Shown: positions 38,190 through 52,053 of the stretch, piece after piece | How the letters are laid out: the number at the start of each line of letters is the position of its first letter | How positions within the stretch are numbered: the stretch's first letter is position 1 | The notes under the pieces: model-generated | Told to the model about the DNA's origin: nothing | The model's input: only the letters and a program-made list of their open reading frames with translations | Database searches by the model: none | Program-made: the position numbers and the translations under genes | Source: Nemertoderma westbladi | Taxonomy: Eukaryota; Animalia; Xenacoelomorpha | Assembly (NCBI GenBank): GCA_032718475.1 | Contig: JAUCBJ010001307.1 | Coordinates: 21,891-85,890 of the forward strand | Reading direction: 5' to 3' | Length of the DNA: 64,000 nt

Positions 38190-38790
38190 AATAATATTAT
38201 AACTTTTTGTTGGGCACAGCTTTGTAAAGTCGGCAATGACTTCCAGGTTCGATCGAACTGGTGATCTTCAGATTGGAAATCTGATGCTCTAACAATTCAA
38301 CTAACGCCTCCGGTAAATGGTAGACCTGGAAATACTAATACCTTGTCCGCAAATTACCTCATCATGGCCTCCCATCTATCAATACCATAATCTGCTGCCA
38401 CTGAATACTATAGTTTATTATTGGTGTTATGGGTGAATGAGTGGTTTCATATTATTACAACTTTTTGTTGGGAGCAGCTTTTGCAAAGTCGGCAATGACG
38501 TCCAGGTGGAATCGAACTGGTGACCTCCGAGTTGGAAGTCTGACGCTCTAACCATTCAGCTAGCGGCTCAGGTAAAAGATAGACCTGGAAATACTATATG
38601 ATAGCTTGTATGTTTGCAATTTACCTTACCTCGTCATCTGTCCCATCTGTCAATACTATATGCTGCCGCTATGCTCAACTCTACCATACTTGGCCGTCTT
38701 TAACCACTCACTACAGGTCACCATTTCGATCCCACCTGGACGTCATTGCCAACTTTGCAAAAGCTGCGCCCAACAAAAAGTTGTACTGAA
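38190..38790. mobile_element. Cluster of three tRNA-derived SINE copies (two on minus, ~38190-38315 and ~38445-38575; one partial on plus, ~38714-38787)
   Basis: A-box TAGCTGAATGG, B-box GTTCGATTCC, anticodon-like loop cttccaa (Gly-TCC-like), shared non-tRNA body ending caacaaaaagttgtaataat. Confidence 0.8.
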
Positions 38791-38914
38791 TACTATGACA
38801 TTCTCAAAAACTACAAACAATAACTAACTGTTTAATTTCGTGAGTTTTATGTTTAATATTCAAAATTTTGCTTGCATTAGTGCAATTTTCAGGTACCTAT
38901 TGAATTTTAGTATG

Positions 38915-39115
38915 ACCTACTAGGATCGGTATGCTGCATTGCAGCTGGGTTCCACAACTCCCTATCACCCATGACATTTGCTAGATCATCCGCATCTTCA
39001 TGGCCAGTGTCTTTTAAGATGCGTTTCAAGAAAGTCATGGGCTGTCCAGTGTCCACCATGCTTATTCACTCCATGAGGCCACCAAAGCACAAGATTATGC
39101 ACTGGCTGGTCATCA
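38915..39115 (-). mobile_element. RTE 3' fragment, second family
   Basis: Reverse-complement similarity to 37590-37835. Confidence 0.7.
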
Positions 39116-39478
39116 TGGATGATGAGGCCCATCATCCATAGCTACTCTGACGCACATAACCCACATTGGCTGTGCAGGCACATCTGCTGGGCTATGCCCT
39201 GAACCCCCGATACCGTAGTATGACCGACGGTATCAATTAGTATAAATAATGCTATTAGGGCAAACAAAAGTGTTGTTTGTGTGTGATATGCGCAATCAAT
39301 TTGTGTGTATGGACGATAAATATGAATGTGTATGTGCGATTTGGGCGCATGTATCGTGCAATGTAGCATCAGTGCTGGTGCCCTCTGAGTGGGTTATGGA
39401 TACAGTAATAGACCAATATCACGACATACTAAATTTTCTGCATTATACTATACATACCATAAATGGCGAGGTACAAAC

Positions 39479-40523
39479 CAAGGTGTACTAAATAACAGGT
39501 CATGCAGCGAGGATTGCTGAAATTAGCGTGGGCCGACCTTTTCCCTATTTATGGCACTATTTTCATAATATTTCCTTAGAAACTTATTTTATGCTACTTT
39601 TGTTAGATGGATATGATGACTAGGGTTCATAGAAATGTAATAAAATGTCTTTCTGGAATTTTTATCTTGTAGTTGCCAAGGTAACCGTGTGCAACGTTCA
39701 AACTTTGCGCGCCTGTATTTCAAGGCGACAATGGATTCTTCCCGTGAGATTTGGTAGATGATTAAAGGAAATAAAAGTATATCAAAATATTTTACATTTG
39801 AATTTGTTTACATTCCCGTTGCCATGGAAATAAGTATAATGAAAAATTTGAAAAATTGTCTACCAATTCTATAAAACACCATTCGGTTTATCAGTCTAAA
39901 TAATAAGTTAAAATTGCCAACATTTTATTGTATAATTCGTCAATTGTGAATCATATTTCTAAGTCATTAATTGCCAATAAACTAAACTGTCCAATCAGAG
40001 AACAAGACCTGTGATAGCATGATTTTGACATTCCAGAATATTAAATGTCGGTTAGCAATTAGTAGAAATAAAGGACAGCCACCAAGCATGTTTGTTGAAA
40101 ATTATATAAGTAGTAAATAGTAGCCCAATTTCTATCTGGCGGTAATAATGGGAAATTATCGTAATTCCCGTCACCATGGAAATGGGATTGAAAATAAAAT
40201 TAAATGTAAAATATTTTGATAGACTTTTATTCCCTTTACTCATATACCAAATCTCAAGAACAGAATCCATTGTCGTCTGAATCACAGGCCCTCGAAATTT
40301 GAACTTTGCACCCGGTTACCTTGGCAACTACAAGATAAAAATTCCAGAAAGACATTTTATTACATTTCTATGAACCCTAGTCATCATATCCACCTAACCA
40401 AAGTTGCATAAGAGAGGTTTCTAAGAAAATATTATGAAAATAGTGTCATGAATAGGGAAACGATCGGCCCTCGCTAATTTCAGGAATCCGCTCACTGCAT
40501 GACCTGTTATTTAGTACACCTTG
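39479..40523. mobile_element. P-element-type non-autonomous element with ~350-bp TIRs
   Basis: Termini CAAGGTGTACTAAATA...TATTTAGTACACCTTG; perfect 8-bp TSD gtacaaac (39471-39478, 40524-40531). Confidence 0.85.
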
Positions 40524-40779
40524 GTACAAACACACCACTAAGATTTATCACCAGCCAGCGCCACAATATATAGTTCGTGATCAACTATGTAAATGAAATC
40601 ACCAAATCATTTTTTATATTTTAGCAGATGGCTAACCACCACGTTTCTTCACACCACCAGTTGGGGTATCTCAGTAATGTGGTTACCGGGATATTCAGCC
40701 ATGACCGTTTTTATTAAATGTTATGACAGTTTAGGGGATTTCAAATAACTACACACAGTTATAGTATATACGGTATAGT

Positions 40780-41590
40780 ATGGCGCCCCCAGACCTTCCA
40801 GTAATCTGCGAGGGCTGCGGCGAGCCCTTCGACACTGCGCACGCTCTCAGCTGCAAGGTCGGAGGGCTAGTTATTCGCCGGCACAATGAGATCCGGGACG
40901 TGTTTGGTGACCTTCTTGCGGAGGACTTCGGTGCGACTAACGTCAAGCGGGAGGTCACATAGGCCGAAGGTCACCTGGTCTCGGATTGGCAGGCGGTGGA
41001 GGGGGTGAGGGCGGATTTGGTATCCAGGGGTGTTTGGGCGAACCAGGTAGAGGCGTCTTTCGACGTATCGATTATAAATCTTGACGCCACTTCCTATGTT
41101 CGCTCAAATGCCTCAACGGAGACCTTACTCGCCCAGAGGGAGCGGGTCAAGCGGGCCCACTACCAGGAGGCCTGCGAATCCCGCAGGATGCACTTCACCC
41201 CGTTGGTGTGTTCCACCGACGGTGTGTGGGGTGCGGAGGCGGCTGTATTCATCCGGCACCTTGCGGAGACCCTATGATCTAAGAGGGTCGGGATGAGACA
41301 GCGGGGTTTGGGAGAGGTTTTGGGTGCGGTGAGGCAGCGGCTGCAGTTTGGTCACCTTCAGGCGACCTCTCTGTGCCTCTGGGGTGGTAGGAGGCCATGG
41401 CGGGGCCTCGGGTTTGGGGATGGGGCGGGGATTCGGGGTGTTGACCCAGATATGTACTGATTACATATCTGTTTCTTTATTGTAAATATTTATTGTTAAC
41501 CTGTGCTTCAATCTTAATTATTCTACTTAATTAATTTGTGATCATTTGTGCTTCGCCTGATTTTATAATTTAGTAATGGAATAATAAATT
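40780..41590 (+). mobile_element. CRE-clade non-LTR retrotransposon 3' end (zinc knuckle + restriction-like endonuclease)
   Basis: CEGCG....HALSCKVGG...RHNEIRD; RADL..RGVW.....FDVSI; FTPLVCSTDG; GC-rich coding part followed by an AT-rich 3' UTR. Confidence 0.85.
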
Positions 41591-43239
41591 GATTAAATAT
41601 GGCACAATATCGCCGACTACACACAGTACGAACCGGGATAATTTAATATCGAAGATTTATGTAGCTTTGATATTAGAATAAACTAAAATAAGATTGGACA
41701 AATTCAATGCTTTTGATTTTCTAACGCAGACTTTATATTACAATATCAACCTCCAGTATCTAGAGGCCTGAGTGATTTTAGAGTACTGTAGGCATCCCAT
41801 TAATTTATTGAATTATTGTAGGCCTAAAATTTTCTTTCAGTTCACACTAAACCCGGTACTGCACCTATGGTGCAGATTAAAACTACTTAAAACTGAAAGA
41901 AATTTGGTACAGTGGGTGCTACGGTGCCGGTTGTTATTTAATAATTGTTCTACTTAAATTGCTCTATCAATTACTATCACAAATTCAATGTTAGTAGCTG
42001 CTAATAAATATATTTTTGGTTTTGATGAAAATATTTATATAATATTTTATGGACTGGTAAGGAATACATTGACAGGGGGAATGGGGGTAGCTTTCTACAG
42101 GAAGACAGCGAGAGTAGAGAAGCTGCACTTTTACTAGGTATTGCAAGTAATAGACCACCATCTAAGTTAAAACCAAGAGCATCATTTTATATATAATGGT
42201 GCTCTTGGTTTTTCATTTTCATAAGTGATTTAAATTATGGTGAAATTATAGTATGATATATTCAATTTTGTTTCTTTAAAATGAGTCCTTTATTGAAACA
42301 ACACAAAAATAAGCATTGCATTTGTCACTTTATCGGAAAGTAAGAATAAGATTCTTATTAAATATAAGCTTATCGTAGTGTACATAGGCATATAAATAGG
42401 CGAATTATATACGTACATTAATTAATGGAAACATAATCTTCATTGAGTTGTGAGCAGGACATTCATGAAATAATTTTACTTATATAGTATAGCAATAAGC
42501 AAGATTTGGTTTGTTAAATGTTGCTAAGTTCTATTGACTTAGACTTGTAGCTTACATTTCTAAAAATATGGCGACATTGCAAATTTTTATTGGCCAACAA
42601 ACTTTGCATAACATTAAATAATTTGCTCCAATTTTCGCCTATTTATAGAAAAAAGTATTCAATATGGGTGTGGCTGGCGAAATTGTTGAGGGTAGATAAG
42701 CGCACAGCTATTGGTGGGTTTGTTATGCTGATCTGTCGGGAATCATTTCTTATGTGAATGATGCATTAGGATATTTAGTTTTCCCTTACAAATAAATGCT
42801 GTGTGAATCAGTTATCATTTGATCAATTAAAGCCACCACAACCAGGGCGTTACACAGGACTTGCTATGAGATGGCATAAATCTACATTAATTATTAACAT
42901 ATAAAATATTTTGTATGCGAACTTAACATTCTATGTGAAGATGTTCAACCAATAATTGCGTTAAGAATGGCATCTCCTAAGTTAATCGCTACTGTGAGGG
43001 AGGGAGCCTTTTTTGCAAGCGTAATTAATACAGGTCCTATCAAACCCCTACCTTATTACAGTCATTAGAATAATAAACCAGAGTGTCCCACAGAATTGTC
43101 CCTACTGTGTTTTTTTAATAAGTCATTCTAACTTCATAGAAATATTATGTTTTTTGTTTTGTATTGCATTGCATTTTTGTATTGCATGCATGTATTGTAT
43201 TGTATCTGAGTTCATTATGTCAAGTCCTGCACAACATGA

Positions 43240-43980
43240 TTCATAGATGATATAAAGTTGTATAGTTGTAACTTGTAACATAGACTCTCCCTTTTCATCC
43301 AATGCGTTGACTACACTTAACTTGTGGTCTGATACCTGGCAAATACCAGACCAGTTGCACCGCAGAATTGTAAAGTACTTAAAATTGGTGTAAAAAATTT
43401 GAAGCAGTCTTATTACTTAAACAATACGAAACTGAAAGCTGTTAGCAGTTTTTAGGATCTGGGCATTACGATATGAGGAGACGATGACCTGAAATTTTCG
43501 TTGAATTGTAAAGAGCGTGTAAAAAAGATCATTAACATGATTTTTCGTTCTTATTATAGTAGCTCTGACAATGCTTTAGTAACATCATATAAGGCCTTCG
43601 TCTGACCCTTAGTCGAATACTCAACCATTACCATATCAGATGTATAACATCGATCTCATAGAAGGCGTACAGCGATATTTTACACGAATGCTTTTTTCAT
43701 GGTGCAATTTATCATATATTTGCTGTATTGAAAGGCTTTATTACCTTAAATTACACCCCTTAGGCCGCGTTCACACTACCGAGTCTAAAACGCCCTTATG
43801 TATTATATTAGGCCTATATAATGTAATATTATTTATTATTGCTAGCTAGCTATATTTATTTTATTTTGACTTTGACTCGATAGTGTGAACGCGGCTTAGA
43901 GATGCGTCGTATCATTTTTGATTTAAAAATGATATACAATATATAACGTGATCTGCTTGATTTGGATTTTCAAGAATTTT
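43240..43980 (+). mobile_element. Degraded CR1/L2-group LINE RT 3' fragment
   Basis: DDIKLY, W..TWQ, DLGITI, YKAFV.PLVEY, IEGVQRYFTR, ERL..L.L.PL|EMRR remnants. Confidence 0.75.
43763..43896. mobile_element. Harbinger-like MITE inserted in the CR1-like fragment
   Basis: TIR gccgcgttcacacta.cgagtc; tta(g) duplicated; splits the PL/EMRR coding sequence. Confidence 0.8.
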
Positions 43981-44141
43981 TTTTATTTATAATTATTGCG
44001 GATTCAAATTCAGTGTACTTAAGTTGTTAATTTCGTTACTTATTTGTTTTTATAATTTTAAAACAAGAGAGTTCAATGAAATTCAAACCATAGGCCATGC
44101 AGCCGGAATTTACTAAGTGAAGGTTTAGATTACATATAGAA

Positions 44142-45149
44142 CACATATAGTCGAGTCAATCTAGCAAAAAACCCATAAGTATTTCGCAATCAATCCGAAC
44201 CACACATTTTGGATTCTATATTACCTTATTAATGACCAAAAAAAAGTCTATAAAATTTTATTTTGCGGATCATATGTTTATTCATGGAAATTCTGCGTAA
44301 ATTTGCATAACACAAGCCAAACAAAAGGAACAGTAGGGAAAAGTAAGTAGCAAATTGGTGATGTTCCAGAATAATTTAATTAATTTCACAATAAGCTGTG
44401 ATTCAATGGGATATTAGTAATATTTACACTGGGGTGTTACACATTAATTGCTATATCTCGGAAACTAGAAGTCGCATCGAATTTTTAAATATATCAAAAA
44501 TTTCACGATATATTAAGGTAACACTGTTGTAAAAAAATTATACAATTCCACTGCAAGGAAATTTCATAATTTCCATTAATGTTAGTGAAGATTTTCCACA
44601 TAATTAAATTGTGATTGCTCTATTGATTTTAGGTGTAATTTATTTATTTGTTTTAGTTTGAAAACCGCAATAGTTTATCATATAACAAATAAATTTTTTG
44701 GGGATAAGGGTTTTTGAGGCCGATAAATCCGATGGGCGAGGTTACATCCACCCGTTTAGTAGAGAAGTTGTGTAAATAAGGTCCTTATATTGTACCAGCA
44801 AAATTGGTATTAAAAATGGTTAAATTATTAGACAAATTTCCGTTGCTCTGGAAACTAAATTGGTAACTATATAGAAGTGCATACTTCTGTCAATCGATAG
44901 TCATTAGAGTAAAGTTTGTCTGTACCAAATTTGGAGAAAATCCCACCAATAGACCCCTTGTTGCTATGTAAAATCCATGTTGCTAAGGAAAGAAACAGGA
45001 AATTGAAGGTGATCCGCATAATATATTTTTATAGACTTTTTTGGGGGTATTAACAAGGTAATGTAGAATAAAAAAAATTGGTTTGGATGAATTGCGAATT
45101 TGTTATGGGTTGACCCCCTTTTTCGGCTAGATTGACTCGCCTAATAGTG
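44142..45149. mobile_element. Non-autonomous DNA element with long imperfect TIRs
   Basis: cgagtcaatctagc...aaaaaagtctataaaa...tgcggatca mirrored at 45010-45149; superfamily and TSD unresolved. Confidence 0.7.
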
Positions 45150-45499
45150 TTTTCAAGTAAATTGAAAATGATACTAAGAGTAAATAGAAACTGTTTGTAT
45201 ATACTAGAATGTTAGATAGTGTTGTAATTAGAGGTTTTAACTAGCTATTTTATGCAAATAATATAACTACCTAAAGATATCTCCAGTTTTGCAAGATAAT
45301 TTATTGTGATATGGTGTGCTTGCTTAATCCTATGTTTCATCTGTTAACAAATATATATTCTGGAATGTTAGCTAACAGAAAATATACGATCACCAGCTAA
45401 ACTGTGCAGGTCTGATGTTTCGGGTTAGGTAAACTTTGTATAACGAATGTACGACGTTGGATGCTAACAGCATACATCTGCTGTTAGCGAGAGCGAGAA

Positions 45500-45880
45500 C
45501 AAATGCATGCAGTTAGAGCCCAGCATGGAATCCCATATAAGAGTACTGGTACTACTACTGCCATAAATAATCGAACCTTAGGTTCCGTTATATTCTATGG
45601 GACTTCCAAATCCTGGACAGACTATTTAACGCTGCCCATGCCTTCCCCTTATGTATCTGAAGGTATTCATCTGACTTTCTGAACCATGATCCCAAGTAGT
45701 AGAAGTCATCCTGATTATGCCCTATTATTATTACGCCCTTACGATCAGACATTTCTTGGCTCTCTAGGTAGACTGTCATGATTTTGGTCTACTTGGAATT
45801 TACAAAAAGACCGTCACTAGAAGCAACCTGATCCAAAGAGCAGAGGAGCCTTTGGGCTCCCTCTAGTGATTCTGACAGAA
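45500..45880 (-). mobile_element. RTE RT fragment
   Basis: DDFYYLGSW...KGKAWAALNSLSRIWKS. Confidence 0.8.
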
Positions 45881-45972
45881 CATAAATATGTATGATACTG
45901 CGGTAAAGTTAATAAACAACAAACCAGTATACAATAACACACAGGTAGGCGTAGACCAGTACGGTATATGTA

Positions 45973-48207
45973 GACCCGGTTCTTCAAACTAAATGTACAT
46001 TTAACTTTAAATGTACATTTAAATATCGTAAATGTACATTTAGTTAAATGTACATTTAAATATCTTAAATGTACATTTAGTTAAATGTACATTTAGTTAA
46101 ATGTACATTTAGTTAAATGTACATTTAGTTAAATGGACATACCAGGTAAGACAACCCCTACAGTGCCGCTACAAACGAATAAAAATAATCTTAAACAATG
46201 AACATTACATTGTTGTGTCAAACTAATACTTATCTTTATAACTAAAATTAGCCTATATCAAACAATAGTAAACTGTATGCTGTTAGCTAGTGAATGTTGT
46301 TAGCGTTGCCTAGCGACAAAGTGGAACAGTAAGTGGTACAGTATAAACCCCTCAATCTCAGCTGGAACTCGATAAATTTAAAACGGTTTTCAGATTCGTG
46401 ATCAGCACACCTTTTTACAAGTTATGAACCTGTTTATAGAAAAAAAATTTACCCCCTATTCAACCCTATTAAGACCAAAGAAAAACTACGTTTGATGAAC
46501 ATACCGATTCCACCACCCCAGAATTCCTCAATGTCTGACGCAGCAGTTAATTATAATAATTATCGTTCACCGTAAAATAAAACCTTACTTTATTGATCGT
46601 CATCATATAGTTAATATTGTATTACATTATTGTATATTTAAGGCAGCATTATTGTAAAATGTTTTAAATAGTAGTACCGGTATAGGTGATAGCTAGTAAA
46701 ATAATAATTATTAATAATAATAATTAATAATAGATAGATAATAAATAAATAATGATAATAGATAATAATAGATAATAATTAATTATTTACAGCAAAAACT
46801 ATAACGGCCCTCCCTACTATTTAATATTTTTAGAAACTTGACCAATTATAAAATTACAAATTAGCCATATCGACGTTAATGAATATGATGTACCGACCGG
46901 TTAATAATTATTTAGAATAGTTTGGTTATGTAAAATACACCGATATGAAATTAGAACGGAAGAGCTGGCCATCTTTCGCACCTTATAGTTTTCGTTGACC
47001 TGGTGATTTTCATAGCCCTCCGTATCTGGTGGGAGTGGGTCTCCCCGCATCATAGCAATGTTATGTAGTATCGCGCATGCTACAATAATGCGACATACAC
47101 TCTTGGGTCGCATTCTCATCTCACCATGGAGGCAGTGAAACCGACGTTTAAGGATACCAAATGCGCGTTCTACAACATTCCTGGTTTTCTTATGGGCTGT
47201 ATTATAAGGCCTTTCCGCCCTCGCTTCTATCTCTGGCTCTAGGAGTGGGGTGAGTCGCCAACGCTGACAAGGATACCCGCTGTCTCCCAACAGAATTCCT
47301 TTACGTTTGCCGGTTGCGAAATCAATTCCAACTTTACTATTCTTTAAAACACGTGAGTCGTGCACACTGCCAGGCCAATCGGCAACAATGTTCAGAAATA
47401 TGCAATTTGCATCGCAGATGGCTTGAAAATTTACACTATAATAACCTTTGCGGTTGACGTAGTAGACACTCTGGTCCCCAGGCGGTGTTATTATCTTCAC
47501 ATGAGAACAATCGATCGCGCCAACTACGCCAAGGGACACCAGCAACCGCAAAGAAGTCTTCCTTAAGTTTCTGCAAATTAGCTTCGCCGGTTGGCAAACA
47601 TATGAATTTATTTAAATGTTTCAGGAGAGCGTTCGTTACTCGAAAAATTGTCCTGCTAACACAAGACTTCGATATTGGAAATGTGTCACCAACCACATTC
47701 TGGAAGGAACCCGATGCGTAAAACCTCAGAGTAACTGCTAGCTGTAACTCAACACTCAAAGCTTTGTTGCGCTTAGTTTGACGTTTTAGATCGTGTTTGA
47801 CGAGGTCGCAAATGTAGGCAAATGTTGGCTTTGTAAAACGGTAGTGCTGGAAGAATTCAGTGCTATTATAGTAATTCAGTGGATTTATTTTAATTCTATT
47901 TTTTCTAACTTTCTTTCTTGTACTGAGATTAATCAAGAGAGGAACGAATGCCATAATGGTAGTATAATGCAAATAAATAACCGTTAAAATTAACTATTAA
48001 AAAGCAAGTTAAGCTAAAATGAATTTTCTTTCTAGAAACCATTTTTAAGTAACCTGTGTAGCTTACTTAAGTTTTCCCTTAACTTATAAAAGTTAAATGT
48101 ACATTTAACTTTTGAGCAACCGAAATTAAAGTTAAATGGACATTTAACGATGAAACCTTAAAGTTAAGGGATCCCTTAACTTTAAGGGAGCTTTGAACAA
48201 CCGGCCC
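45973..48207 (-). mobile_element. PIF/Harbinger DNA transposon lacking the Myb-like ORF
   Basis: Imperfect TIRs gacccggttcttcaaa / tttgaacaaccggccc; subterminal palindromic aaatgtacattt repeats at both ends; transposase ORF. Confidence 0.8.
46901..47972 (-). pseudogene. Harbinger (HARBI1-like, DDE_Tnp_4) transposase with one frameshift near 47535
   Basis: LAVTLRFYASG, GAIDCSHV, NRKG, WPGSVHD, LGDSGYP, VERAFGILK.RF, CAILHN. Confidence 0.9.
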
Positions 48208-50079
48208 ATAAACAACAATGGTATAAGGGAATGGCCTATAATAGAGTCTGTAGGTAGACGTTTCCATGAGAGAACTGGAACAAAAAGTATACATTTTCAC
48301 CCCGACGTTGCCTATGAGGCACACATATGCATATGCAATGATGTGTTATACAACAAGTATGATATATAAATAACGAGTTTCTTTATGAAGGATGTACAAA
48401 ACAAACCACACCTGAGCCCTGTAGGCCACATCAGTACATACAATATTATAAACATCAACACATAAAAGTTTATCAAACCGAAAATTTATCAAACAGATCG
48501 AACTGGTTGCTAAATTGTTAACTTTAGTGCCTTTGCAATATATATTCCAATATGGGAGGTACACTCTGAAAAGTAATGGATAGGATACCCATGCCGTGGG
48601 TGCAGAATGTTACTGAAAGTTTAGAATGGTTAAGTGGGAAGTACAATGTAGGCACATCTGAGGCACATCGAAGGAACTTAGGGTCATATAATTCAGAGGG
48701 AACACAATCCACGGTTGCTCATGCTCGAGGTATAGTTTACGCCGCGCCAGAGGGATATTGGAGATGCATACTCAAACGTTGCCTGCAATGGAGGCCTTGG
48801 CACTGTAGCCCGCTATGACTTATTTAGTTGAAGGGATTACGAACCCTCTCTGATCAACTAAATTATGAATAGGCTACTGGTGCTCATCGGGCTGCCCTAC
48901 TGGGTTGAGAGCTACAGTTAGTACCACCCACATTACTGCCATAGTGGTAGCAGGATCTGGGGACCCTGAACTGACCTTCTACTGACCGTAGACGTCGACA
49001 ACCTTAGTGCAGGACAAATGAAAAATATATTTGGTGATTGAGAATGTTTTGGTGTGAGGGGGGGGGGGGTTGTTTGAACGTTTCTGTGCCATATAGGATA
49101 TAATTATTAGTACATTAAATTATAATTCGTAGATGGTTGCACTGTATGTATGTATAGTTGTATTTTTGTCCACATACAACCAATAATATAATGCGGTACA
49201 ATCAGGATTGATAATGTTTGCGATATGCAGTTGAAATATATTTCCTATTTATTTAGTCTTATGTATAATTTTGTAATCAGTAACATTCCCTATTGAAATC
49301 AAACAAATGTTATTTACTCCTATGCATAAACTTCCATTTTATGCATTTATATACATGTATGTATATCGGTATATTGGAGCTGGTATCTTCTACAACCCAA
49401 GATATCTTGAAAACCAAACAAGATATGGAATAATGGTTTGTATATTTTCATTCAGCATAAATTCTACATCACATAGGATATGTTTCAAAAGAATGTGCAC
49501 TACCCCCCCCCCCCCCCCCCCCCCCCCACCTTAATGAGAGCTTTCCCTTTTAGTTACAATGAATTCACTTTACAATAAGAAAGCATTTATGGTCCTTTGA
49601 TGTCATGCCATTTAGCGTGTACGTATAGGCCTGTCTATCAGCATTACTCACAAATTCTACATAAATTTATTGATCTAGGATATTGATATTGATTCTGCAA
49701 TAAATAAATTCACTGATACACTCATTATCTTTCATGTCATCATGTTTAGCTTGAACATATTGATTGGTAATAAATATATAAATGGGATGATTTTTTAAGT
49801 AAATTTATTACTGATCTCTTCAACAAAGAAAAACTTAGTTTTGAATCGTTTTAGTATTTTGGTATTTTACCAAGGTGAGTAGAACATATTGGGTTACAGA
49901 GATTACTGATTATGATTAATTGACATGGGATAAAGACAAATTGTGCTGGAATCAGCTCTGTTAATCTGTAACCAGTTTACTTGAGTTGCAATTTATTGTT
50001 TTGGTTAGAAACTCCTGCCGCTTCCCATAACCCAACAATTACAATATAAAGGCCAGGCTTTACATGAGTGGTATGGACT

Positions 50080-50435
50080 AATACTACTACTATAATCGGC
50101 ATGATGCATTGCAGCTGCACATTGAGATGCTATGCTGGCTTAACAAAAATATTTTTGCCACCACCATACAATCCACAATTGGAATGCCCCAATGCAGCGT
50201 GCATTAAGAATGCTGTGCCGGCTTATCAACAAAACTGCACCGCCACAACTCCCTATCCCTATGACTTTCGCGAGAATATCCGCATCTTCAAGGCCATTGT
50301 CTTTAAGAAGCCTCTCAAGAAAATCATGGACTATCGACATGCTTATTTTCTCCATTGGGCTGCCAAAGTAAAAGATTGTGCACAGGCTGGTTCTTACAGC
50401 GAAAATAATGTCCTGCAAAATGATCTGGACACCAG
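50080..50435 (-). mobile_element. RTE 3' fragment with (TAG)n tail, second family
   Basis: HFAGH motif; similar to 21340-21620 and 37590-37835. Confidence 0.7.
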
Positions 50436-51539
50436 TTGACGGAATAGATTTCCCATGTTGTCATTAGCATTAAAGACGGGTGGATGAAAAATTCAATAAT
50501 GGAATTTACAAAAACGAGTTCTCTCCAGCAGGTACAACACTTTGGTTTGCCAGTCAACAGGGTTGGTGTCGCAGTGGGCCAATCTTCCATAGCTCCCCTA
50601 ATATATATATATAGCCTGCAATTGGCAAGTGCCTCATCTTCCAGGCCATCATATATCACACCGCAGATGCAGGTGCAGCTTGGAGTAGGATGTACCTTCA
50701 AGTTTTCGGACATAGGGTACATCCAAATACTTATGCCCTATCACATCCAATAAATACCACTGTAATCAGGCATCGGAGTCCAGCCCCAAGTCAGAAATAC
50801 TTTCTCTTAGACAGCAGTAAAGCACCCATAATCATTGTACGAAACAATATAGCGACACCACATAATACTTTTTAAGCAATATTGTGTGCATAATACTATA
50901 TATAAAAAACAAATACACTTTTTCCTAAAGCACCCCTAGTTATATTTTCTTCAATTGGCAGAGCGACACCAGCTGGGTCACAATTAAACACCAATTTTGC
51001 GGCAATAAAAACTTTCGTTCGAGCCCCTTTTCGAGGCTTGCGCTACCAAATTGGGGCTTGGGCATGGGAAAATGCCCAACACCGCACCCCCCCCCCCCCC
51101 CCCCCCCTAATCCGAGACTGTCATGTACCAAAGTGAAAATACAGTAACCCCTCCACATTTTGGTGATGACCCACATTAGTACTTTTGAGTATAGTAAATT
51201 TAACTGTATGGTATGTTGGTTGAGTATAGTCATTTTAACTAATATGAGTAGGTTGATTCAATCTTGAATAATTTCACAAAAAAATATAACGCTGTTCTAT
51301 AGCACAATTAATTGGCTGAGTCATTTAATTAGTTTATTAATTTTGCACCCTATTAATAATAATTTAAATATATATCAAATGTGATTAGTTAATTATATTT
51401 AATTAATTAAGTGGGCTGATTCAAGTCTATATTAATTATCACTTGAATGTTGGATACCGACTTAATCGATGAATGCGATACAAATAAAAATGCTTATGCA
51501 TGATTATGTAGGGAACCATAATTCGATCTATTATTTATA

Positions 51540-51625
51540 GGAACATTCCCGAATCGTTTGATGCAGAGGATTATTTTCCATTGGAACATTCCCGAATCGT
51601 TTGATGCAGAGGATTATTTTCCATT
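51540..51625. repeat. Perfect 43-bp tandem duplication
   Basis: ggaacattcccgaatcgtttgatgcagaggattattttccatt twice. Confidence 0.9.
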
Positions 51626-52053
51626 TTATTTCAGCTTGGTAGTTTTCAGCCAACAAATTTTTGCAAATTTCCTAAAAGAAAACCCTTCCAAAATGTTCAT
51701 AACTATCTTATCTTGGGGATGCAGAGTATCATTACGATATATATACATTGCCATTTTCATTAAAAAGTAGCCTTTTCGGGCCTTAAACAACTCAATTGTT
51801 AATTTTCATGATACAAAAAATATTAACCATGAAGTCACTTATACAAAATAATTACATGTACGGAAAAGATTTAATATGATGAGATGAGATTGAAATTGAA
51901 ATTATGCATTACCATTTATCACGCCTTTGGTGCATATAAGGAATATAGATAATGTGAAGTGGGATCTAAGTATTTAGTTCTTACACATAAAATACGTAGT
52001 TAAAAATATAAATTACTATTTTTTTACAGGAAATTCACCTTCTATCCGGAAAA

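Noticed and set aside
38500-38575. Functional tRNA-Gly gene
   Set aside because: Stems are imperfect and the head is fused to a repeated non-tRNA body found four times in the window, so it is a SINE
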